A stretch of 64,000 nt of DNA from a virus. Its lineage: Duplodnaviria > Caudoviricetes. How positions within the stretch are numbered: position 1 is the first letter of the stretch; each line of letters begins with the position of its first letter. Below are positions 28,027 to 36,970 of this stretch, one piece after another. Under the pieces are notes generated by a model, which worked only from the letters and a program-made list of their open reading frames with translations, searched no databases and was not told where the DNA came from. Where the stretch lies: IMG/VR virus record IMGVR_UViG_3300025121_000013. One strand, written 5' to 3'. Position numbers and translations under genes: made by a program.

Positions 28027-31000
28027 TTGGAATCAATAAAAAGTTCTTTGGGAAACTGTATGGAATGTTCTTTACAAAACGAACCTTCTTGTATTTTAGA
28101 AACAAATTGTGAAGATGATCTTTCAAAAGTCGATGTAATTTTCGTAGCAGAAAATCCAGGAAAAGAAGAAGTGGAATATATTCCTCCCACTCCACTTATA
28201 GGAAAGTCTGGACAAACTTTTAGAAAATATTTTAAGAAATTAAAACTTGATAAATTGAATTATTTAATTACAAATGTAGTTTGGTGTTTAACTTTAAATG
28301 AAGATGGAACAACAGGAAATCCTTCACAAAAGGTTATAGATTGTTGTAAAGAAAATTGCTTTGAGTTAATAAGAAATTGTAATCCAAAGTTGATTGTAAT
28401 TATGGGAAATTCTCCTTTGTCTGCATTCAATATTGCAAAGACTGGAGTCACAAAATGTAGAGGTAAAATTTACGATTGGGAAGATTATAAAATTTTCGTG
28501 ACAGTTCATCCATCTTATGTAAATAGAAATAGGATTGTTGAAGAGCCTGAATTTGAAAGAGATTTATCAAAGGTCGCAGAGTTCTTTGGAATAAAAAATG
28601 ATATTGAACAAGGAAAAGAAAGAAATATAAATATTACAAATATAAAAGGAAAATATCAATATTCTATACCTGAGAAATATTATACAGATAATTATCGGTT
28701 GGTCGATGTCCAATATTTAGGAAGAAAAAGAGAAGTCATTTATATTTTTAGAGATAAAGATAATAAAAAGGAGATTTATAAAACAGATGATAAATATTAT
28801 TGTTATACATGTTTAGATGATAATGAAAAGAAAAAAATTGTACCCTATGAAAAACTTAATCAAACGTTTTTACATTATTCTGATAAATCTTTATTAGATT
28901 TTAATTGTACGTATGAGGGTGATAATAGAATTACGTCGAAACATGCGTTAGATTATTATTTGAATTCAAAAGGCGAGGCTCCTAAACTTGATTTAAATAT
29001 TATGTATTTTGATATTGAGGTTGACACTGGAGAATCTCGTTCATTTCCAAAACCCACTGAAGCAAATTATCCAATCAATTTAATCACAAAGATTTATCAT
29101 AAGATTAAAACCACATATGTCATTGATAATAAAACAGAGGAAATTCAAAATATTGAAGGGGTTATTATAAAGAAGTTTAAAAACGAAAGAGATTTAATGT
29201 CATCTTTTATTTCTGATTTTAAGAATGATGACCCTGATATTCTGAGTGGTTGGAATTGTATCGATTTTGACCTCCAGTATATTTTTAATAGATTACCTAA
29301 AATAAATATTCGTCAAGAATCTATGTCTAAATTTGGTGAATTTTATGTTGATGGAAAAAGATTTGTTTGTAATCTTGCAGGGTGTGTTCCTTTGGACCAA
29401 TGCTTTTTATATAAGAATTTTACCTTCACAAAAAAGGAAAATTATAAATTAGGATTTATCGCCCAAGATGAATTAGGTTATACGAAAGTCGCAATGGATC
29501 TTCCGATCAATCAAATGTATTCAAAACTTTTAAATAAATTCATTGGTTATAACATTCGAGATACGGAACTTCTTGAAGGCCTTGAAAATAAACTAGAACA
29601 TATAAATCTCTTAAATGAAATTAGAACTATTTGTCATACGAGTTTTGATAATTGTTCGACATTTGGCCAGATTGATGCAATGTTAATTTCTTTTTTGAAG
29701 CAAAGAGGGTTTGGTTCAAAGAATAGTAATCAACATATGGAAAAAGTTAAATATGCAGGGGCTTTTGTTTTTGAGCCAATTCCTGGCATTTATGAAAAGG
29801 TTGTAGACTTTGACTTTAAATCACTATATCCAAGTTTGATCATTACATACAATATTGGAATAAATAATTTTAGAATTAAATTAGAGGATCCTTCTTTGGG
29901 GTTTGAATTATCGAAACACCCGGAGAATCTTCCTGATGAAATATCTGTAATTTTTGATCCAACTTTCAGAGCTGAGAAAAAAATTATAAAGAAGGAAGCA
30001 CTTCTTAACATCATTAAAAAAAATAATTATATTCATACAATTAATGGTTGTTTATTTGAAAATCATGATAAAGAGTTATCTGTTTTAGGAGAAGCTTTAA
30101 AAGAGATTTTAGATTCTCGTGATAGATATAAGAAGATGATGTTTAAAGCCGTAGAAGAAAAGAAAAATGACGAATCAAAATTTTATGATACAAGGCAACA
30201 AGTTTATAAGGTTTTGGCAAATGGAACATATGGAGTTTTAGGAAATAAAGCATTTAGATTTTATGATGAATCTTGTGCTGGTGCAATTACATTATCAGGT
30301 CAAGAAGCTTTAAAGAATTCAATTATTTATGGAAATAATTTTATGGAAAGTTTAAATTTAGAAAAGCCGATGGTAATTCCTGATGAGATAACTAAGAAAG
30401 AAATTTTCTCAGATGAAATGCCTGATATTAGAAAAAGGATCAAATATATTGTAACTGGAGATACCGATTCAATTTTTTGTTGTTTTGAAAAATTTAAAAA
30501 GGAAAAGAATGTTGAAAATATTAGAGGCTGGTGTAAAGAAATTGAAAATTATTTAAATAATGTTATTATGCCACATATTGTTAGAACACATAATGTCGAT
30601 CCAAAAAATAGTGTTTTAAAATTAAAAAATGAATTGATTATTTCTCGTGGATTATTTTTAGCAAAAAAGAGATACGCAATTCATGTTATAAATAATGAAG
30701 GAAAATCTGTTGATAAAATGAAATTTATGGGTGTTGAAATTAAAAGATCAGATTATCCGCAAAAGTCAAAAGAGTTTTTAACTGAGTTGGTAAATTTGAT
30801 TTTAAAATCAGAAAAAGTTTCTATTACAAAATTAATGAAATTTGTAGAGATGAAAGAAAAAGAATTTATTGAGGCAATAAATAATGGAGAAAAAACAATC
30901 GCAAGACCTGTTTCAATTGGAAAAGAGATAGAAGAATATAAGACTGTTCCTCAAGGAACAAAGGCTATGTTGAATTTTAATGATTTAATTTATGACGCTC

Positions 31001-31269
31001 ATGATGTTGGAAGTCGTGGATATATGTTTAAAATTAAAGGGATAAATTTAGATTTAGCTCCAGATGATGTAAAGAAAAATTATCAGAAGTTTTTATCTTC
31101 TGGAAAAAAATTGGAAGTTATTGCCATTCCTGATGAAGAACAACGATTACCAAAATATATTATTCCTGATATGAAAGAACAATTAAAATTTTCTTTTACT
31201 GATCGTTATGAACTTATGTTAAAACCTATTTTAGACATAAAAACTAAAAATACAGTTCTAACTTTTTAA
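28027..31269 (+). CDS. family B DNA polymerase with N-terminal family-4 uracil-DNA glycosylase-like domain
   Basis: UDG4: CMEC, AENPG, TNVVWC, HPSY. PolB: YFDIEVD, GWNCIDFD, YNIRD, DFKSLYPS, KVLANGTYG, TGDTDS. TTG start after AGGAGG. Confidence 0.92.
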   Translation: MESIKSSLGNCMECSLQNEPSCILETNCEDDLSKVDVIFVAENPGKEEVEYIPPTPLIGKSGQTFRKYFKKLKLDKLNYLITNVVWCLTLNEDGTTGNPSQKVIDCCKENCFELIRNCNPKLIVIMGNSPLSAFNIAKTGVTKCRGKIYDWEDYKIFVTVHPSYVNRNRIVEEPEFERDLSKVAEFFGIKNDIEQGKERNINITNIKGKYQYSIPEKYYTDNYRLVDVQYLGRKREVIYIFRDKDNKKEIYKTDDKYYCYTCLDDNEKKKIVPYEKLNQTFLHYSDKSLLDFNCTYEGDNRITSKHALDYYLNSKGEAPKLDLNIMYFDIEVDTGESRSFPKPTEANYPINLITKIYHKIKTTYVIDNKTEEIQNIEGVIIKKFKNERDLMSSFISDFKNDDPDILSGWNCIDFDLQYIFNRLPKINIRQESMSKFGEFYVDGKRFVCNLAGCVPLDQCFLYKNFTFTKKENYKLGFIAQDELGYTKVAMDLPINQMYSKLLNKFIGYNIRDTELLEGLENKLEHINLLNEIRTICHTSFDNCSTFGQIDAMLISFLKQRGFGSKNSNQHMEKVKYAGAFVFEPIPGIYEKVVDFDFKSLYPSLIITYNIGINNFRIKLEDPSLGFELSKHPENLPDEISVIFDPTFRAEKKIIKKEALLNIIKKNNYIHTINGCLFENHDKELSVLGEALKEILDSRDRYKKMMFKAVEEKKNDESKFYDTRQQVYKVLANGTYGVLGNKAFRFYDESCAGAITLSGQEALKNSIIYGNNFMESLNLEKPMVIPDEITKKEIFSDEMPDIRKRIKYIVTGDTDSIFCCFEKFKKEKNVENIRGWCKEIENYLNNVIMPHIVRTHNVDPKNSVLKLKNELIISRGLFLAKKRYAIHVINNEGKSVDKMKFMGVEIKRSDYPQKSKEFLTELVNLILKSEKVSITKLMKFVEMKEKEFIEAINNGEKTIARPVSIGKEIEEYKTVPQGTKAMLNFNDLIYDAHDVGSRGYMFKIKGINLDLAPDDVKKNYQKFLSSGKKLEVIAIPDEEQRLPKYIIPDMKEQLKFSFTDRYELMLKPILDIKTKNTVLTF

Positions 31270-31327
31270 GAAAATAAGAATATATCAAAGAACAAACATT
31301 TATATAAAATAAAATTTTGAAAGGGTT

Positions 31328-32038
31328 GTGATAATGGACAATATAAAAGTAATTGAGTCTTTTATAACATGGCAGGGAGAGGGGCCTGACATTGGAAAGA
31401 GAATGCTCCTTTTAAGATTTAAAACCTGTGATAGAGTCGAAAATAAAAATCCTTGTTCATGGTGTGATACAATAATTAAAATGAGATGCTCCATTGAGCA
31501 GGAGGTTTCTCTCCAAACGATCCAAGAAACTTTAGATAAAAACAAAGCTGGTTTGATGATAACCGGAGGGGAACCTACATTTGGAGAAAACTTAAAAAAT
31601 ACAACCAGACTTTTAAATTTATATTATAACGTTGCTAACATTGAAACAAATGGTTTTGATCTTTTAGGCCTTTTTAAAATTATCTCCAATATTGATAAAA
31701 ATATAAAAATAATTTGGTCTCCAAAAATTTTCAGCAATAAAGATTATGTCGATTTTCAAGTCAAAGTCTCAGAATTAAATTCATATAAAAATGATGTTTA
31801 TTTAAAATTTGTAATAGACAATAAAAATTTTCCAGAAGATAATTTAAGGGTAGAAAAATGTTTACAATTTATCTTAGATAATCCAAAAATTAAATTTGAT
31901 ATAGATAAAGTTTATTTAATGCCAGAAGGAAAAACAAGGGAAGACTTAATTAAAAATTCAGAGATTTGTTTTGACATGTGTGAGAAGTGGAATTGTAGTT
32001 TTTCTTCAAGGGATCAAATAATCTATGGTTTCGTTTAA
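31328..32038 (+). CDS. queE: 7-carboxy-7-deazaguanine synthase QueE (radical SAM)
   Basis: ESFITWQGEG, C-x8-C-x2-C, ITGGEP, IETNG, WSPK, YLMPEG. Confidence 0.85.
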   Translation: MIMDNIKVIESFITWQGEGPDIGKRMLLLRFKTCDRVENKNPCSWCDTIIKMRCSIEQEVSLQTIQETLDKNKAGLMITGGEPTFGENLKNTTRLLNLYYNVANIETNGFDLLGLFKIISNIDKNIKIIWSPKIFSNKDYVDFQVKVSELNSYKNDVYLKFVIDNKNFPEDNLRVEKCLQFILDNPKIKFDIDKVYLMPEGKTREDLIKNSEICFDMCEKWNCSFSSRDQIIYGFV

Positions 32039-32291
32039 AGAAATGGAGGCTGGTGTGTACAGAGAAGAAGGTATTATGGTTGTTAGAAGGCATAAAGAAA
32101 CATTTGAAGAAATGATGAGGCGCTTCAAAAAGAAGTATTCAAAAAGTGGTATCTTACAAGATTTGAAAAAGGTTATGTTTTTTGAAAAAGATTCTGTCCG
32201 TAAACGTCGTAAGCGTTCTGTATCTGAAAAAAGGCGCAAGAAGGAACTTGAAAAAATTTATGAATCAAAAGAAAGAAAGGAATCAAAATAA
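32025..32291 (+). CDS. rpsU: 30S ribosomal protein S21
   Basis: ETFEEMMRRFKKKYSKSGILQDLKKVMFFEKDSVRKRRK matches the bS21 pattern. Confidence 0.8.
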   Translation: MVSFKEMEAGVYREEGIMVVRRHKETFEEMMRRFKKKYSKSGILQDLKKVMFFEKDSVRKRRKRSVSEKRRKKELEKIYESKERKESK

Positions 32292-32292
32292 C

Positions 32293-32574
32293 ATGAATAT
32301 TAAAGCGGGTTTTGATAAAGTGATTGTTAAGCCTTTTGAGGTCGAAAATAAAGTGGGTTCAATAATTCTTTCAGCGACAACCACTCCTCCTCAATCTTAT
32401 GGAAAGGTTTTATCAATTGGTAAAGATGTAAAAACTGATGTTAAGATTGGCGAGGTTGCAATTTTTGCAAGATTCGCAGGGCAAACAATTGTAGTTGGAA
32501 AAGAAGAATATCGGGTTCTTATGGATGGAGAAATTTATGGAGTTTTAGAAAACATCGAATCTTTAAATGGTTAA
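32293..32574 (+). CDS. groES: co-chaperonin GroES (Cpn10)
   Basis: DKVIVKP, GSIIL, GKVLSIG, VKIGE...FARFAGQTI. Confidence 0.9.
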   Translation: MNIKAGFDKVIVKPFEVENKVGSIILSATTTPPQSYGKVLSIGKDVKTDVKIGEVAIFARFAGQTIVVGKEEYRVLMDGEIYGVLENIESLNG

Positions 32575-32585
32575 GGATACAAAAA

Positions 32586-33227
32586 ATGAAAAAGGGTCTT
32601 GATCATATCATTGTGGTTATAGACAAAAGTGGGTCTATGGATGTTGCTAAAAATGAAACGATTACCGGGTTTAATAAATTCATTGAGGAACAAAAGAATT
32701 TAAAAGATCGAAACGCTTTTATCACAGTGATTCAATTTAATACAGATTATAATTTTTATTGCAAGAATATTCCTATCAACGAAGTGAAAGATCTTAATGA
32801 AAGTGCCTATAGACCTTATGGGTTCACTGCATATTTCGACGCTTTAGGAAAAGCGATTGATGAAACAGGAATTTATTTAGATGGCTTGACAGAAGATGAA
32901 AAGCCAGAAAATGTAATTATGGTTTCAATAACTGACGGGCAAGAAAATGCCTCAAAAGAATATAATTCTGAAAAAATTAAAAATATGATTAAACATCAAC
33001 AAGATAAATATTTGTGGAAATTTATATTTTTATCAGCCGGTGAAGAAGCTTTTAAGACTATTAAATCCCTCAATATAGATCCATCTTTTACTTATAAATT
33101 TGATAATGGCGCTAGAGGAATTAATTCTTCTTATTTATCTATGTCCATGGGGACAACTTGTATGAGAACATCTTGCTACAACAAAAAAGATATTCTAGAT
33201 AAAACTGGGCAAAAAGAAAGCGATTAA
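32586..33227 (+). CDS. vWA domain protein
   Basis: VIDKSGSM, TAYFDALG, ITDGQENAS. Confidence 0.85.
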   Translation: MKKGLDHIIVVIDKSGSMDVAKNETITGFNKFIEEQKNLKDRNAFITVIQFNTDYNFYCKNIPINEVKDLNESAYRPYGFTAYFDALGKAIDETGIYLDGLTEDEKPENVIMVSITDGQENASKEYNSEKIKNMIKHQQDKYLWKFIFLSAGEEAFKTIKSLNIDPSFTYKFDNGARGINSSYLSMSMGTTCMRTSCYNKKDILDKTGQKESD

Positions 33228-33229
33228 GA

Positions 33230-34018
33230 ATGAATTTAACTTTTATTAATGCCACAACAATTTCAGATTTGTGGTTTCAAGCAATTTATTCAATTATTGA
33301 TAATGGAAAAAGATTTAAGATTGATGAAGGCTCATACGCTGGACAAATGAGATTGGAGTTTGATTATTTTATCGGCCAAATTAAATGTCCATGGGGTGAA
33401 CCAATTCTTCCTGTAATTCCTCCGGGTTTAGACATCCCTCCACCTGTGGAAAATGATTATATTTTTGGTGGAAAAAATTATGATAGATCATATATTGAAT
33501 ATTTAATGACACCGACAAAAATGGCAAATGAATCATATACTTATGGTGAAAGATTAACACAATACAATGTATCAGAATTTATAAAAGAAAAGAGAGATGA
33601 AAAAAAGCATGAAATCGTCAATGTTGAAAAATATGATGATAAGATTTTATTGGCTGATAATTCAAATTTGTTCATCAATCAGATAGAATATGTTATAAAT
33701 AAATATAAGACCTCAGGACATAGAAATAATCAATTGATTTTACAGGTTGGAAATCCTGATGATCTTTTGTTAGTTGATCCACCATGTCTAAGACATATTG
33801 ATACAAGAATTCAAGATAACAAACTTCATTTTTTTGTGTATTTTAGATCATGGGATTTATGGGGTGGGTTGCCAGCAAATTTAGCGGGGATACAATATTT
33901 AAAAAATTACATGTCAAATGAAATTGGGGTAGAAGATGGGGAAATGGTTGTAGAGTCAAAGGGTTTGCACATATATGGTTATGCTGAAGATCTTGTAAAA
34001 TTGAGGTGCGGAAAATAA
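33230..34018 (+). CDS. thyA: thymidylate synthase (archaeal-like ThyA subfamily)
   Basis: YTYGERL, DPPCL (catalytic Cys), FRSWDLWGGLPAN, LHIY. Confidence 0.85.
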   Translation: MNLTFINATTISDLWFQAIYSIIDNGKRFKIDEGSYAGQMRLEFDYFIGQIKCPWGEPILPVIPPGLDIPPPVENDYIFGGKNYDRSYIEYLMTPTKMANESYTYGERLTQYNVSEFIKEKRDEKKHEIVNVEKYDDKILLADNSNLFINQIEYVINKYKTSGHRNNQLILQVGNPDDLLLVDPPCLRHIDTRIQDNKLHFFVYFRSWDLWGGLPANLAGIQYLKNYMSNEIGVEDGEMVVESKGLHIYGYAEDLVKLRCGK

Positions 34019-34019
34019 A

Positions 34020-34667
34020 ATGGAAAAGACAAAGAAGATTTATGTAAATGAATTGATCGTTAGCGATAAATGGATTCTTAATAATAATGAAATAAAAACT
34101 TTGGTCAATCCAAAAACTATTTTAAAAAGTGTTGAATTTGATAAAATTGAAAGACGATCTATTTTTTGTGAAGCGATGTTTTCTTCGGAAAATGCACAAA
34201 CTCAATTTATTAGGGTCGGTGAAAATATTTTTCTAAATGGTGGGTATATCACAGCTAAAGTCGCAACAAAAAATCTAACAGAGTGGTTTATGGCAAGTCA
34301 AAATCATTTTAAAAAAAATAAGTTATTTGAATATGAATATTATAAATTCTTTGAATTAATTTCTTCTATTCCAGAAAATAAATCTTTATTTTATAGAACA
34401 AGTTATCCCGACTATTTATTCATTAAAGAAAATATGAATTCATCTTTTTTTCCGTTAACGCTTACATTTTTAGTAGAACTTTTTTCTATAAATGAAAAGA
34501 TAAGAACTAATATAGAAATTAATAAATTTGAATTGGAACTTTTAACTCAAGACTCTCCTTTTAATTTTGATCAAAATAAAATATTTCTAAGAGATAAATT
34601 TTCTTCTTATGATCCCCGTATGTATAATTTCTTTTGGATGCTTCAAAAATTGGAAATTAATCAATGA
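34020..34667 (+). CDS. hypothetical protein
   Basis: 215 aa ORF coupled between thyA and the Qng1-like gene. Confidence 0.6.
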   Translation: MEKTKKIYVNELIVSDKWILNNNEIKTLVNPKTILKSVEFDKIERRSIFCEAMFSSENAQTQFIRVGENIFLNGGYITAKVATKNLTEWFMASQNHFKKNKLFEYEYYKFFELISSIPENKSLFYRTSYPDYLFIKENMNSSFFPLTLTFLVELFSINEKIRTNIEINKFELELLTQDSPFNFDQNKIFLRDKFSSYDPRMYNFFWMLQKLEINQ

Positions 34668-35515
34668 GAAGTTTTTCAACAATTCAAAATATAATCAATT
34701 TTTCAGAAAATTTCTTAAATTCTAAAAATGATTTTATTAGAATTAATGATGAAGAATATTTTAGTTTATTAGTCTCAAAGATAAAAAACTTTAATTCTAA
34801 TTATAAAAAGATTGAGATAAATCCAAAAATCATTAAACAATTGATTTTAATGACATCCATTAATTTTTGTTATTGGTATGGAAATTCATATCATAGAATT
34901 AATAATTCTTCTTCAAGTAAATTAGGAAATATTATTTATGAAGCCATAGAAAATTCTAATGGATTAAATCATAACGGTATTATAAGAGAAATAATTTCTA
35001 AAATGGTAATGGAAAGATTTCCTTTATTAGATGAGAGAATTAGAATTTTAAAAAGTATTTCTGATTGGGATATAAATTCTATAATTAGAAATGTGACATC
35101 AACTAAAAGTTTGGAAGAAGTTTTTTCTATTTTTCTTTGTACCATTCCACATTTTGGAAATGATTTTTTTCTTAAAAAGGCATGTTTATTTTTTATCGAA
35201 TTGAATAGAATTTTTGGATTATATGAAGATGAAATAAATATGTTGATAGTTCCGGCAGATTATCAAGTCCCAAAAATCCTCCATTATTTTAATTGTTTTC
35301 AATATTCAGAATATTTAAGAAATAAGATAGATAGCGATCTTTTGATTTTACCAAATTCTAAAGAAGAAATTTCAATAAGAACAGCTACAGTTTTTTCTTG
35401 TGAACAATTGAAAAAATTAACTAATAAAAGTATCTCAGATATTGACGAATTTTTATGGGGAAATAGAGATCTTTGTAAAAATCCATTTCATTTAACAATT
35501 ACCACAGATTATTAA
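34664..35515 (+). CDS. queuosine salvage hydrolase Qng1-like (DUF2419/C9orf64 family)
   Basis: SINFCYW, PLLDER, FLKKA, PADYQVP (catalytic Asp), EEISIR, IDEFLW, PFHLTITTDY occur in the family order. Confidence 0.8.
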   Translation: MRSFSTIQNIINFSENFLNSKNDFIRINDEEYFSLLVSKIKNFNSNYKKIEINPKIIKQLILMTSINFCYWYGNSYHRINNSSSSKLGNIIYEAIENSNGLNHNGIIREIISKMVMERFPLLDERIRILKSISDWDINSIIRNVTSTKSLEEVFSIFLCTIPHFGNDFFLKKACLFFIELNRIFGLYEDEINMLIVPADYQVPKILHYFNCFQYSEYLRNKIDSDLLILPNSKEEISIRTATVFSCEQLKKLTNKSISDIDEFLWGNRDLCKNPFHLTITTDY

Positions 35516-35562
35516 CATAAAGTTTTAAATGAGTCCATCGGTAACAAAACATAAAAAGGTGA

Positions 35563-36951
35563 ATGTCAATGAGTCAAAAGAAAAGTGGATTCATTTTAGC
35601 TGGAGGGGAAACTTTAAATTCCATTTGTGATAGATATTTAAAAAGTGAAGGCGAGGATTATATTACAAGAGAAGGAATTAATTCTATGTTAAATAAATCT
35701 ATCTCTGGAGTTTTACATTCTTTCGGTGAGGCTTTTGAAAAGAGAAGAAATATAAACACTCATATTAAATCTCATAGAAAAATTTTTCAGTCTATGATAG
35801 ATACAAAAATTTTAGATGGAATTAATATATTTTGTGACTCTGGAGGATTTCAAGCTTCCATAGGAAGGCTCGAAAAAGAATCCACTGATGATTTAATTCA
35901 GGCATATCATAAATTTTTAAGAGAAGAACATAATCTTATTGATAGGGCTTTTGTATTAGATTTGCCCCCAGGCCCAGGGTGCAAAATATTTCATTCTTTT
36001 GAAGAGATATATGAAAAGAATTTAGAAACATATAAAATGGCTTCTGAATTCCCTGATGAAATTAGATCTAAAATGATTTATATTCATCATTTTAGAACAC
36101 CAAAATTATGGAATATATTTAATAGAATTCTTTTTGAAAATGATTTGTTTGAAAAGTTTTCACATTTTGCAACAGGGGGAATTGTCGCAAATACAAAAGG
36201 AGATAGTAATATACCTTGCATAATTTATGTTTTGCCTTTAATTCCCCTTTTAATACAATGTAAAAAAAGAAATATTAAAAAATTAGATTTTCATATTTTA
36301 GGAGGCGCTACATTTAGGGATTTATTTTTTTATGAGATATTAGAAAAACATATAAAAGAAGTTCATGATATTCAAGTGAATTTTACGTTTGATTCTTCCA
36401 GTCTATTTAAAGGGTTGATGATAGGAAGATTTATTGTAATAATTGAAGAAGATGGAACTTTTAGAAAATTAGATTTGAGAAGTTCTTTATTAGATTTGAG
36501 ATTTAAGGGAAAAGAAACTCATAGAACAACATATTTAAAACATTTAAATAAGATGGCTCAGAAATATAATTTTAAACCATTAAATTTAACTGAGCCATAT
36601 TCTAAAGAAACAGGAACTTTTTTTCCAATATTTTCAGTTTATACAATGTTATTTATGCTTGATCAGTTTTCTGAATGTCAAACGATGTTTTCAAAATCCG
36701 CTACAAATTTTTATGAATTATATAAAATGGATAAGATTGAAGAGTTAAATTTTGAAACCAATGAAATTACAAAAAAAATAAACAAAGGAAATATTACAAG
36801 AAAACAAACTGCAAAAAACTTTGGGCTTATAAATTCATTAAAAATAATTACCGAACTAAATTATGATTATTGTGAATATATTGTTAACAAATGTTTATCG
36901 AAAGATGAGTTCATCAATTTATCCGATAGAAAGAAAATTCTAACGTTTTAA
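35563..36951 (+). CDS. TGT-fold base-exchange transglycosylase (DpdA/TGT-like)
   Basis: CDSGGFQ, VLDLPP, FHILGG, FDSSS (three TGT aspartates present); no CxCxxC Zn motif. Confidence 0.7.
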   Translation: MSMSQKKSGFILAGGETLNSICDRYLKSEGEDYITREGINSMLNKSISGVLHSFGEAFEKRRNINTHIKSHRKIFQSMIDTKILDGINIFCDSGGFQASIGRLEKESTDDLIQAYHKFLREEHNLIDRAFVLDLPPGPGCKIFHSFEEIYEKNLETYKMASEFPDEIRSKMIYIHHFRTPKLWNIFNRILFENDLFEKFSHFATGGIVANTKGDSNIPCIIYVLPLIPLLIQCKKRNIKKLDFHILGGATFRDLFFYEILEKHIKEVHDIQVNFTFDSSSLFKGLMIGRFIVIIEEDGTFRKLDLRSSLLDLRFKGKETHRTTYLKHLNKMAQKYNFKPLNLTEPYSKETGTFFPIFSVYTMLFMLDQFSECQTMFSKSATNFYELYKMDKIEELNFETNEITKKINKGNITRKQTAKNFGLINSLKIITELNYDYCEYIVNKCLSKDEFINLSDRKKILTF

Positions 36952-36970
36952 TTTTTAATGGGAGGTTTAT

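Noticed and set aside
28027-28600. UdgX-type suicide glycosylase
   Set aside because: The extended KRRIH loop of UdgX is absent; the motifs fit ordinary family 4.
33230-34018. dCMP hydroxymethylase or other pyrimidine-modifying ThyA paralog
   Set aside because: The specificity position is Asn (GLPAN), as in dUMP-specific thymidylate synthases, not the Asp of T4 gp42-type enzymes.
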